Shown: positions 20,184 to 29,296, numbered from the stretch's first letter. The stretch: DNA of 64,000 nt from Minisyncoccota bacterium (GCA_041660025.1 JBAZXD010000002.1:68635-132634); one strand, 5' to 3'. The notes: a model not told the origin generated them from the letters alone. Made by a program: numbers and translations.

Positions 20184-20233
20184 GGGAGAATGCGGGGGCG
20201 TTGAATAAACGCTCTCGCATCCACTCCCTTTTT
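20184..20233 (+). terminator. intrinsic terminator
   Basis: AGGGAG..ATGCGGGGGCGTT/AACGCTCTCGCAT..CTCCCT followed by a T-run. Confidence 0.7.
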
Positions 20234-20271
20234 ATACGCCGCGCAAGCGGCAGAGGAGTATTTCACAAATC

Positions 20272-21720
20272 GTGATAAAAACAAAAACAGCACTTACGTA
20301 TTATGGTCGACCGATTCTTATCGGTCTCTTTACCGTGCTATTTACGGTCGCTATCGGCATGTCAATCGCGTTTGCAACAGGCTTCACTACGCCGGCAAAA
20401 GTCTTGGCTCAGGTACTGCCGCCTTGTTGCGTCATACCTCCGCCCCCTCCGCCTGCCCCAGTACTTCCTCCGTGTTGTGTCATTCCGCCACCTCCTCCGC
20501 CACCCCTGCCGCCACCTCCGCCGCCACCCCTGCCTCCTCCTCCGCTTCTCGCACCGACTCCCATAACGCCGGCTCCGACGCCGACGCCTGCTCCCACGCT
20601 CGTTCCGGAACCAACTCCCACACCGACCCCTGAACTCCCTCCCGCGCCTACTCCAACTCCCACACCAACGCCAACGCCAACGCCAACCCCCGAACCCCCG
20701 TCTCCGCCGCCTCCAACTCCCGAACCTCCTCTACCTCCTCCTCCCGAACCCCCACTCCCACCTCCTTCTGGCGGTGGTGGTAGTAGCGGTGGCGGCGGAG
20801 GGGGTGGCGGCGGCGGAGGCTCGCCCTCGCCGACCATCACGCTCGCAGTGCTCCCGCACGTGCTTTCTCAGCCGCTCGCGTATCTCTATCTCTCACAGAT
20901 CCCGTATACCGGCCTCGACCTCGGACCGATCGGCACCGTGCTCTATTGGCTTGCGCTTATCGGTTGGTCGCTTGCGCTCGCCTACCTCATCCTCTTCGGC
21001 GCCGCGCCGCTGGCGAACCGCCGCGTGCGCGACTTCGCATCTCGCATCAAGACCGCGCTCAACGCGCGTGAACTCCTGCCCGAGGAGAGGCAGGCGGTTC
21101 CTGCTGTCGCGCACACGGATGAGAAACCGCGTACGGAGCATACATTCCCCGAACCGTCGCGCGGGCACTCTTCGTATGAAGGATTCAAGTCGTATGCACA
21201 CGGCGGCGCTCTCTCGATCGAGGATATCGTGAAGGCTCTTTCGCGGGAGCGCCACGAAACGGCCACCGAATACGGCTCGCAATCGCGTCCGGCAGTCGAG
21301 CCGGTGTATGAAAATGTCGAGCCGATCTACGAACACACTGAGCCGGTGTATGAAAATGTCGAGCCAATCGCCGCTGCCGAGGTAAGAGTAGTGCCGCCGC
21401 ACATCCGCGGCTTCATCAGCGCGCTTGTTGAGGGCGACCGCACGGCGGTCTTTGCCGGATTGCGCCAGCACGTGCGCGGTGCCGGTGCGCCGGAACAACT
21501 CATCTCGTCCGCGATTTGTCTCCTCGATGATGCCTACCGTGCGCGTGTTGACGGAACCCTCTGCGACGAAAATATCGCGCGGCTGACCGCGCGCCTCAAC
21601 ACGCCGACTCTGGAGAAGCTTATCGCTTCGCTCGCCACAGCGGTCGATTCAAGCTATTCAGAAGGAGTCATCGGCGCGAAACTCGCGCTTACCCGCGCTC
21701 TCGCCGTCATCGGCGCTTAG
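20272..21720 (+). CDS. proline-rich membrane protein with an IPYTG sorting-like motif and a long C-terminal domain
   Basis: N-terminal hydrophobic segment, poly-Pro/PT stalk, Gly linker, YLSQIPYTG then TM and RRVR, then about 230 further aa. Confidence 0.8.
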   Translation: MIKTKTALTYYGRPILIGLFTVLFTVAIGMSIAFATGFTTPAKVLAQVLPPCCVIPPPPPPAPVLPPCCVIPPPPPPPLPPPPPPPLPPPPLLAPTPITPAPTPTPAPTLVPEPTPTPTPELPPAPTPTPTPTPTPTPTPEPPSPPPPTPEPPLPPPPEPPLPPPSGGGGSSGGGGGGGGGGGSPSPTITLAVLPHVLSQPLAYLYLSQIPYTGLDLGPIGTVLYWLALIGWSLALAYLILFGAAPLANRRVRDFASRIKTALNARELLPEERQAVPAVAHTDEKPRTEHTFPEPSRGHSSYEGFKSYAHGGALSIEDIVKALSRERHETATEYGSQSRPAVEPVYENVEPIYEHTEPVYENVEPIAAAEVRVVPPHIRGFISALVEGDRTAVFAGLRQHVRGAGAPEQLISSAICLLDDAYRARVDGTLCDENIARLTARLNTPTLEKLIASLATAVDSSYSEGVIGAKLALTRALAVIGA

Positions 21721-22950
21721 TTACTTCCGCGAGCGGATCTCTTCGCTCGCTTTCGGTATGAAATCCGAGAGGGAAGCTATATCCAGTTTCCCCTGGTCGC
21801 GACTGTCGACTGAAATGGTTTTCGCCTCTACTTCCTTATCGCCGACGATGAGCAGATAGGGGATTTTTTCCGTCTTTGCATTTCGTATTTTCTTACCGAG
21901 CGATTCGTTCGCCTCATCCGCATCTGCGCGGATATTTGTCGCTTTCAATGCATTCAAAACTTCTTTTGCGTACGCAGTGTGCTTCTCAGAGACCGGGAGC
22001 ACGCGCGCCTGCACCGGACTAAGCCAGAGCGGAAGTATGCCAGCCGTGTGCTCAAGCAGAACAGCCGTGAAGCGCTCAATGGAGCCCATAATGGCGGAGT
22101 GGATCATCACAATGCGCTCGTGCTCGCCTTTCTCATTGACGCAGGAGAGGTCAAAGCGCTCGGGGAGGTTCATGTCGAGCTGAATAGTCGCTACCTGATG
22201 CTGACGGCCAAGAGAATCGCTTGCGATGAAGTCGAGTTTGGGTCCGTAGAGCGCGGCCTCGCCCGGTGCTTCAAAAGAATCGGCACCGCGCTCGCGCGCT
22301 ATCTCTCGCAAAGAATCTTCCGCGCTTTTCCAGATCTCCGGCGTGCCGAGATATTTCTCAGGCGCTTTCGGGTCGTGGAACGAGAGCCGCACTTTGAGGT
22401 CGGTGAATCCGAATTGTGTATAAAAGGTATCGATGATATCCCAAATCTTAAGGAATTCTTCTTTGATTTGCGTTGTGCGGCAAAAAACGTGGCTGTCGTC
22501 CTGCGTGATAGAGAGTACACGCGTGAGTCCGTTCAGTTCTCCCGATTGTTCGTCGCGATACACCATCGTCGTCTCGGCATACCGTTGAGGCATCTCGCGA
22601 TAAGAGTGCGGCCGGCGGGCGAAGATTTGCGTGTGATGCGGACAATTCATCGGTTTGATAGCGTACTCGCGCTCGTCGCGCGAGGTCATTTTGAAGAGGT
22701 CTTCGGCAAATTTTTCCCAATGGCCGGAAGTCTCGTACAGACTGCGCTTCGTGATGTGCGGGATGGTGACTCGCTGATAGTCGTATTTCGAGCGGAGCTC
22801 CCAGACGAACTGGTCCAACTCCTGGCGAACAACTGTGCCCTTTGGCGTCCAGAGCGGGAGGCCGGAGCCTACGAGCTCAGAGAAGGTAAACAAATCGAGC
22901 TCTTTGCCGAGCTTCTTGTGGTCGCGCTCTTTACCAGCTTCTGTATCCAT
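21721..22950 (-). CDS. thrS: threonyl-tRNA synthetase lacking the N-terminal editing domains
   Basis: Begins MDTEAGKERDHKKLG; SGHW, KPMNCPHH, YRDEQSG, YGPKLD, QLD, GSIERF. Confidence 0.95.
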   Translation of the reverse strand: MDTEAGKERDHKKLGKELDLFTFSELVGSGLPLWTPKGTVVRQELDQFVWELRSKYDYQRVTIPHITKRSLYETSGHWEKFAEDLFKMTSRDEREYAIKPMNCPHHTQIFARRPHSYREMPQRYAETTMVYRDEQSGELNGLTRVLSITQDDSHVFCRTTQIKEEFLKIWDIIDTFYTQFGFTDLKVRLSFHDPKAPEKYLGTPEIWKSAEDSLREIARERGADSFEAPGEAALYGPKLDFIASDSLGRQHQVATIQLDMNLPERFDLSCVNEKGEHERIVMIHSAIMGSIERFTAVLLEHTAGILPLWLSPVQARVLPVSEKHTAYAKEVLNALKATNIRADADEANESLGKKIRNAKTEKIPYLLIVGDKEVEAKTISVDSRDQGKLDIASLSDFIPKASEEIRSRK

Positions 22951-22976
22951 ATAGAGAAGAGAATAGCATACCGAAA

Positions 22977-25900
22977 TCAGAGCGGCTTCAGCTCCTCGAT
23001 AGCGAGCGAAGGCTCGCCGTTCCTGACCGAGACCTTGCCCTTCACCAGGAGGCACGTACCGGGTGCGATAAGAGTCGCGTGTTCCTTTAAGAGCTTCGGG
23101 AAGATAACCGCCTCTATCGAGTCGGTCGTGTCCTCAACGGTGATGAACGCCATCTTCTCTCCGCTCTTGGTAAGGATGTTACGCACGATGGTAACGAGGA
23201 CCGGCAGGATGAGCAGCATTCCCGGTTGCGGCTCCTCCTTCACTTTCTTGATGGAGAGGTGAGCTTTCTTGGTGATAGCCTCGTGCGCGTCGAGCGGATG
23301 ACCGCTCACATAGATACCGAGCAGTTCTTTTTCCCACGCAAGCTTGTCGAGGAGAGACGTCGCTTTTCCTTCGGGAAGGATAAGGGAAGGAGCGGCGAAC
23401 GCGCCGAAGAGGGAATCTTGCGGTGCCGCCGCCGTCGCTTCACGGTGGAATGCAAGCATGGTTTCAATATTTTCGAGCATCGAGCCGCGCTTGTGCTCCG
23501 ACGTGTTGAGAGAATCTAGCGCGCCGCACTTAATCAATGATTCCAGTGATTTTCGGTTCAGATTCTTCGAACCGACGCGCGAGAGGAAGTCGGATAGCGT
23601 CTTGAAGGGACCGTGCGTTTTTCGTTCGGCGATGATGGCTTCCGAAATTCCGTCGCCGAAATTTTTTATTGAAGAAAGTCCAAATCGAATTGCTTCGCCG
23701 TTTGAAACTACCGTAAATACCGTTCCGCTCTCGTTCACATCTGGCGGGAGCACGGGGATTCCCATGCGCTTCGCCTCGGCGACGAAGATGGAGATCTGCT
23801 CAGTGTCGCCCGAGTCGGCGGTGAGGACTGCCGCGAGATATTCCACCGGATAATTCGCTTTCATATAGGCGGTCTGATAGGCGACCTTTCCGTAAGATGC
23901 GGCGTGCGCCTTATTGAAGCCGTAGGCGGCGAACGGCTCTATCAGCTCCCACAGTTTTTCGGAGAGCTGTTTGGAGAGTTTGCCGTATTCCATAAAACCT
24001 TTCATCAATTTCTGCTTCTCCGCCTGCATGACCTTCGGGATTTTCTTGCCCATCGCTTTGCGGAGCGCGTCCGCTTCGAGCCACGAATAACCGCCGAGCT
24101 TGATGGCGGTGAGAAGCACATCGTCCTGATAGACGAGAATGCCGTAGGAGAAATCAAGATACTCTTTCATCCGCGGGTCGAGATAATGGATGAGCTTCGG
24201 GTTATGTTTGCGTTCAATGTAGCTGGGAATCGTTTCCATCGGCCCCGGGCGGTACAGGGCGACCATTGCGTTGATGTCGTGGATGGTGGACGGCTTCAGC
24301 TCTTTGAGCCAGCGAGTCATGCCGGAGCCATTCAGCTGAAACGTTCCTTCGGTTTCGCCGCGCGCGAGCATCTGATAGGTCTTTGCGTCGTCGATCGGTA
24401 CGTTCTCGATATCGACCGCAATTGAGCGCGATTCCTTCACTCGCGCGACCGCATCAGCGAGAATGGCGAGGTTCTTGATACCGAGAAAATCGAATTTCAG
24501 GAGCCCGACGCCGCCGTACTCGTCGGTGATGGAATACATATCGTACTGCGTGATGATCTTTCCGGTGCCTTTCGGGTCGGGCTGAATAGGAGTCCATTCA
24601 ATGAGCGGGGTCGGTGCGACCACGACGCCCGCTGCGTGGACGCCGACGTGTCGCACACATCCCTCGATGCGTTTCGCGAGGTCGAGGATTTCCCGGGACT
24701 CATCGTCCTCATCGTAGAGCGCTTTCAGGTCCGGTTCCAGCTCGAGCGCATGGTCAATGGTCATCGGGAATCCCTGGGAGCCCATCGGGATAAGTTTCGC
24801 GATTCGGTCTCCGGTGGTGTAGGAGTGTCCGAGCGCTCGCGCGACGTCGCGCACCGCCGCGCGCGCCATCATCGTGCCGAAGGTGCCGATCTGTGCCACG
24901 TGGTCCTCCCCATATTTTTTCTTCGTATACGCGATCATCTCGTCGCGTCGATTATCGGCGATGTCCATATCAATATCCGGCGCTTTCGGGCGCTCCGGGT
25001 TAAGGAACCGTTCGAACGGCAGTTTATAGAAAAGCGGGTTCACGTTCGTGATGCCGATGAGATATGCGACGAGACTTCCGGCTGCGCTTCCGCGCGTGGT
25101 GGTGAGGATGCCAGCTCCTCGTGCGAAGGCGAGCAGGTCGGCGACGATGAGGTAGTACACGGCGAAGCCTTTGCCGATGATGATGTTCAATTCGTATTCG
25201 ATGCGGTCGGTGACCTCTTTCGTTTCTTCGAGCTTTCGCGTGGCAATACCGGCATAGGCCTTTGCACGCAGTTCTTCATCGTGATTTTTGAAGCCGGGTG
25301 AGACGGGAACTGCGGGGAAGGTCCATTTCCCGAGGTCGAAGGAGAGGGAACAGCGGTCGGCGATCTTCCGTGAGTTGTCTACCGCCTCGGGGATATCGTT
25401 GAAGAACGAGAGTGCGCGCTTCTCGCCGATGAACGAGAAATCCTCGTCCTCGTTCTTTCCGTGCGCGCCGTGCTGGATGCGGCGCATGATCTCGGTCGCC
25501 TCGCGGTCGTCGGGCGCGAGGTAATAGACGTCGTTCTGGGCGACAAGCGGCGTTGCGCTCGCGCGAGCGAGTGCGACGATTTTTTTCATCAATGCTTCGT
25601 GCCCCTCGACTTTCGGATGGTGCGTAATCTCGAGGAATACATTTTCAGTACCAAAGATGCCCTTGAATTCCGAAAGCGCGGCCGCCGCGCCGTTCTCGTC
25701 GCCCGCGCGCAGGAGCTGGGCGACGTCGCCGGCAAAAGAGGGAATGAGCGCGATGAGACCGCGAGCATGTTCGCGTAGCAACTCTTTATCCATACGCGGC
25801 CGCTCATAGAACCCTTCCGTCCACGACTTCGTCACAAGCGCGAGAAGATTGGTGTAGCCCTCATTATTTTCCGCTAAGAGGACGATGCGCGAGCGCTTCG

Positions 25901-26153
25901 CGTCGATGTTCTGGTCTCGGTCGTGGCGCGAGCGCGGGGCGAGATAGGCGTCGACGCCGAGAATCGGCTTGATGCCCGCACTGGTCGCCGCCTTATAGAA
26001 CTCGATTGCGCCGTGCATATTGCCGGCGTCAGTGAGTGCGAGCGCATCCATCCCCTCCTTTTTCGCTTTCTCCACAAGCTCGTCCACCTTCGGGAGCGCC
26101 TGGAGAAACGAATAGTGGCTGTGCGTATGCAGGTGGATGAAGCGACTTACCAT
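22977..26153 (-). CDS. dnaE: DNA polymerase III alpha subunit
   Basis: PHP motif HLHTHSHYS, RGSAAGS, FERFLNPER, PDIDMD, YGFNKAHA; true start MVSRFIHLH. Confidence 0.97.
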   Translation of the reverse strand: MVSRFIHLHTHSHYSFLQALPKVDELVEKAKKEGMDALALTDAGNMHGAIEFYKAATSAGIKPILGVDAYLAPRSRHDRDQNIDAKRSRIVLLAENNEGYTNLLALVTKSWTEGFYERPRMDKELLREHARGLIALIPSFAGDVAQLLRAGDENGAAAALSEFKGIFGTENVFLEITHHPKVEGHEALMKKIVALARASATPLVAQNDVYYLAPDDREATEIMRRIQHGAHGKNEDEDFSFIGEKRALSFFNDIPEAVDNSRKIADRCSLSFDLGKWTFPAVPVSPGFKNHDEELRAKAYAGIATRKLEETKEVTDRIEYELNIIIGKGFAVYYLIVADLLAFARGAGILTTTRGSAAGSLVAYLIGITNVNPLFYKLPFERFLNPERPKAPDIDMDIADNRRDEMIAYTKKKYGEDHVAQIGTFGTMMARAAVRDVARALGHSYTTGDRIAKLIPMGSQGFPMTIDHALELEPDLKALYDEDDESREILDLAKRIEGCVRHVGVHAAGVVVAPTPLIEWTPIQPDPKGTGKIITQYDMYSITDEYGGVGLLKFDFLGIKNLAILADAVARVKESRSIAVDIENVPIDDAKTYQMLARGETEGTFQLNGSGMTRWLKELKPSTIHDINAMVALYRPGPMETIPSYIERKHNPKLIHYLDPRMKEYLDFSYGILVYQDDVLLTAIKLGGYSWLEADALRKAMGKKIPKVMQAEKQKLMKGFMEYGKLSKQLSEKLWELIEPFAAYGFNKAHAASYGKVAYQTAYMKANYPVEYLAAVLTADSGDTEQISIFVAEAKRMGIPVLPPDVNESGTVFTVVSNGEAIRFGLSSIKNFGDGISEAIIAERKTHGPFKTLSDFLSRVGSKNLNRKSLESLIKCGALDSLNTSEHKRGSMLENIETMLAFHREATAAAPQDSLFGAFAAPSLILPEGKATSLLDKLAWEKELLGIYVSGHPLDAHEAITKKAHLSIKKVKEEPQPGMLLILPVLVTIVRNILTKSGEKMAFITVEDTTDSIEAVIFPKLLKEHATLIAPGTCLLVKGKVSVRNGEPSLAIEELKPL

Positions 26154-26160
26154 GCGCTCC

Positions 26161-26168
26161 AGTATACT
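26161..26168. promoter_or_regulatory. palindromic bidirectional -10 box shared by dnaE and rnhB
   Basis: AGTATACT reads TATACT on both strands, 7 and 6 nt before the two ATGs. Confidence 0.65.
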
Positions 26169-26174
26169 TTCTGT

Positions 26175-26768
26175 ATGCGATTTATGCTCGGGGTGGATGA
26201 GGCGGGGCGGGGGCCTCTTGCGGGGCCGGTAGCGGTCGGCGTGGTCGCCGTACCGGAGGGATTCGATGTGGCGCGGGAGTTCCCGGGAGTTGCAGACTCG
26301 AAAAAGCTCTCGGAAAAGAATCGCGAGAAGATTTTTACACTGCTTACCACGCGCGTCGCGGCGGGCGATGCGCGCTTCGCAGTCGAATTCGAAAGTGCCG
26401 AGGTTATTGATAAGGAAGGCATCGCGGTGGCGGTGCGCCGCGCGCTCGCGCGCGGCGTGAATGCGCTCGCTCCAGATGCGGCGCTCGTGCGTGTCCAGCT
26501 CGACGGCGCGCTTCACGCGCCGCCTGAATATTCCCAAGAAACCATCATCAACGGCGACGAACTCGTCCCGCTCATCTCGCTCGCCTCCATCGCGGCGAAG
26601 GTGGCGCGCGACCGGCTGATGGTGGAGGTCGCGAAAGAGTATCCGCTCTACGGTTTCGAACAGCATAAAGGCTACGGTACTCGGGCGCACTACGAAATGC
26701 TCGAGAAACACGGCCTCTGCGCTATCCACCGCCGCTCCTTCATACACCTTGATTTTAGAGACAAATAG
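26175..26768 (+). CDS. rnhB: ribonuclease HII
   Basis: GVDEAGRGPLAGPV, DSKKL, ASIAAKVARD, HKGYGT, HRRSF. Confidence 0.96.
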   Translation: MRFMLGVDEAGRGPLAGPVAVGVVAVPEGFDVAREFPGVADSKKLSEKNREKIFTLLTTRVAAGDARFAVEFESAEVIDKEGIAVAVRRALARGVNALAPDAALVRVQLDGALHAPPEYSQETIINGDELVPLISLASIAAKVARDRLMVEVAKEYPLYGFEQHKGYGTRAHYEMLEKHGLCAIHRRSFIHLDFRDK

Positions 26769-26857
26769 GACTATATTGTCCGCTTGTGTCCAGCTATGGT
26801 AATCACCATGGGGGATGGGCACATAGAACAAGAACCTTTGATTTCGGAGAAGAGAAA

Positions 26858-27169
26858 GTGGCAAAAGAAAAAGGGAAGCATTGGTTAGAAGTAGACAGTC
26901 ATAAAAAAAGGCTTAAGGGAACCGGATTTGTAAAATGTATCCAGTGTCCCGGAGCCACAGGAAGAATCGCATCGGGAATCGTGGGAGAAGAGAGGGGCAA
27001 GAAGCTTATGGATTGCTCAAGGGTCTACGGGAAGGTTAAGTTGATAACCGAGGATCAAGCCAAGAGATGTGATGGCAAAAATCCTCTGTCGTCCAGCAAG
27101 GACGAAATACTCCAAGCGCACCATAAGCCAAGTCCTATATTTCCACGTCACAGACATCATCAACTGTGA
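26858..27169 (+). CDS. AT-rich accessory hypothetical protein (basic, CxxC)
   Basis: TTGATT-17-TATATT promoter overlapping the rnhB end, GGAG before a GTG, terminator hairpin at about 27192-27226. Confidence 0.55.
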   Translation: MAKEKGKHWLEVDSHKKRLKGTGFVKCIQCPGATGRIASGIVGEERGKKLMDCSRVYGKVKLITEDQAKRCDGKNPLSSSKDEILQAHHKPSPIFPRHRHHQL

Positions 27170-27252
27170 CATCTCGGCTTCGGCCATAACCAGCGCGTCT
27201 CCCTCGGGAGCGCGCTTTGTATTTTTATACTCGCTGTGATAAGGTAGCACCT

Positions 27253-27609
27253 ATGTCAATCCGAATGCGCCATACAAGAGGCCACACCGGCAACCGCCGG
27301 TCGCATCACGCGCTCTCCGCCACCAAGACGGTGACGGATAAAGAGAGCGGGAATCTCCGCCTCCCTCACCACCTCGACGAGGCGACGGGTATGTACCGTG
27401 GCAAGCAGATCGCGGCACCGCGCGTGAAGGCCGCGAAGGGCGAGAAGAAGGTAAGAGGTCTATCGACCGAACCGACGCCTGTGCACATTCACGAGCATGC
27501 GGCAGAGGTACACGCGAACGCCGAAGCGAAGAGTTCGAAGGGTATCTCCGGCAAGGTCGCTACCGGCGGTCGGCCGAAGGCGCGGAGCGGTTTCGGCGGT
27601 GGAGTGTAA
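27253..27609 (+). CDS. rpmF: 50S ribosomal protein L32 (Cys-free) with a long C-terminal extension
   Basis: MRHTRGHTGNRRSHHAL, RLPHH, GMYRGKQI. Confidence 0.85.
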   Translation: MSIRMRHTRGHTGNRRSHHALSATKTVTDKESGNLRLPHHLDEATGMYRGKQIAAPRVKAAKGEKKVRGLSTEPTPVHIHEHAAEVHANAEAKSSKGISGKVATGGRPKARSGFGGGV

Positions 27610-27681
27610 TTTTCAACAGGAGAAAAACGGCCGCGCTTGCGCGGCCGTTTTGTTTGCTATACTACTCGCACAGATCTTTCC

Positions 27682-28605
27682 ATGGCGAACCGACATTTAG
27701 CGCGCTCAGTTGTTCTCCAGACGCTCTTCGAGTGGGACACCACCCGCGCGAGCGAGAAGGACACGTTTGCCATCCTCGCCCGTAACGTCGCGGAATTTGG
27801 CGGCGATGATGTTGATCAGCCGTTCATGGACAGCCTCCTCAAGGGTGTGCTCGCAAAGAAGGATGATATCGACCTTGTCATCGGCAAGGCGGCGCCTGAG
27901 TGGCCCCTAGAGCGTATCGCCCCAGTCGACCGCAATATCCTCCGGCTCGGGCTCTACGAGCTCCTCTTTGCTGACCGCACGCAGGTGCCGGCGAAGGTCG
28001 CTATTAATGAAGCTATCGAGCTCGCCAAGACCTTCGGCGGGGATTCATCCGGCCGGTTCGTCAACGGTGTCTTGGGCGCGGTCTATAAGGAGCTCGGCGA
28101 GCCGGGCAAGGATGAGCAGGGAGCGAAGAAGGTGAAGCGCGAGGAACTCCCGCTCGAGAAGATGGGCGGCGCTATCGTCTACGCCAAGCACGATGGGCAG
28201 TATTATCTCGCGCTTGTGCACGACGTGTTCGGCCGCTGGACGCTCTCAAAGGGGCACATTGAGGAGGACGCCACGCCCGAGGCGGGCGTGGCGCGCGTCA
28301 TTAAGGAAGAGCTCGGGCTCACTGCCGTAGTGGAGAATCGCGTTGGCGAGAACGAGTACATCGCTTCGCATCCGGAGAAGGGGAAGGTTAGGAAGCACGT
28401 CTGGTTCTTCCTCGCTTCGAGCCAGTTCGAGCCCTTGATACTGAAGAAGAGCGGCGGGCTCGACGACGCGAAATGGTTCCGCCTCCAGGACATCATTGAC
28501 CTCAACTTCTACGATGATATGCTCCCCATCGTTACGGTGGCCGTTCAAAAGCTCCTCGATAAGGCGGGGAGTGAGAGAAGCCGCAGTGCACCAGCACATG
28601 CCTGA
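27682..28605 (+). CDS. nusB: NusB fused to a NUDIX-like domain
   Basis: RHLARSVVLQTLFE, DRNILRLG, AINEAIELAK, FVNGVLG; then WTLSKGHIEE...EELGL. Confidence 0.92.
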   Translation: MANRHLARSVVLQTLFEWDTTRASEKDTFAILARNVAEFGGDDVDQPFMDSLLKGVLAKKDDIDLVIGKAAPEWPLERIAPVDRNILRLGLYELLFADRTQVPAKVAINEAIELAKTFGGDSSGRFVNGVLGAVYKELGEPGKDEQGAKKVKREELPLEKMGGAIVYAKHDGQYYLALVHDVFGRWTLSKGHIEEDATPEAGVARVIKEELGLTAVVENRVGENEYIASHPEKGKVRKHVWFFLASSQFEPLILKKSGGLDDAKWFRLQDIIDLNFYDDMLPIVTVAVQKLLDKAGSERSRSAPAHA

Positions 28606-29287
28606 TTTCCACACATTTGCAGAAAAACTCGGCCTTTCCTTTAACACTCTCGATCTCCTTATCGAGGCTTTGACGCACCGCTCGTACCTGAACGAGCACC
28701 GCGAGTACACCGGCTCCCACAACGAACGGCTCGAATTTCTCGGAGATGCAGTGCTCGAACTCGCCGCTACTGATTTCCTTTTTAAGAAATTTCCGACGAA
28801 GCCCGAGGGCGAGCTTACCGCGTACCGCGCCGCGCTCGTGAACACCGTCTCCTTGGCCGAGAGCGCACAACTGCTTGGCGTCAACGATTATTTACTGCTC
28901 TCGAAGGGTGAATCGAAGGATACTGGACGCGCGCGCGACGTAATCCTCGCGGACGCGTTCGAGGCCATCATCGGCGCGGTGTATCTCGACCAAGGGTTCG
29001 CGGCCGCCGAAGCGTTCATCGCGAAAAACATTTTTAATAAAATCGATAAGGTCATCGCAAATCGTTCGTACCAGGACGCGAAGAGTCGCTTCCAGGAAAT
29101 CGCACAGGAGAAGCGGGGCACCACGCCGTCATACGAAACGCTCTCTGAAATCGGTCCCGATCATAATAAGCGCTTTACCGTCGGCGTCTTCATCGGTTCC
29201 GAGGAGATCGCCCGCGGAGAAGGGCAGTCGAAACAGGAGGCGGAACAGGCTGCGGCTCAAGCAGGCCTTGACAAAACTGGGTGGTAG
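28598..29287 (+). CDS. rnc: ribonuclease III
   Basis: HNERLEFLGDAVL, ADAFEAIIGA, dsRBD. Confidence 0.97.
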   Translation: MPDFHTFAEKLGLSFNTLDLLIEALTHRSYLNEHREYTGSHNERLEFLGDAVLELAATDFLFKKFPTKPEGELTAYRAALVNTVSLAESAQLLGVNDYLLLSKGESKDTGRARDVILADAFEAIIGAVYLDQGFAAAEAFIAKNIFNKIDKVIANRSYQDAKSRFQEIAQEKRGTTPSYETLSEIGPDHNKRFTVGVFIGSEEIARGEGQSKQEAEQAAAQAGLDKTGW

Positions 29288-29296
29288 GTTCATAAT
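29268..29296 (+). promoter_or_regulatory. sigma70 promoter embedded in the rnc 3' end
   Basis: TTGACA-17-CATAAT. Confidence 0.7.

Noticed and set aside
20410-21369. CRISPR array or non-coding tandem repeat
   Set aside because: The repeats are in-frame coding low-complexity sequence without unique spacers; no cas genes; the same applies to the PAT repeats at 57115-57200
26154-26864. N-terminal extension of DnaE in the ORF track (1295 aa)
   Set aside because: It is the antisense of rnhB; DnaE homology starts at MVSRFIHLH (26153)
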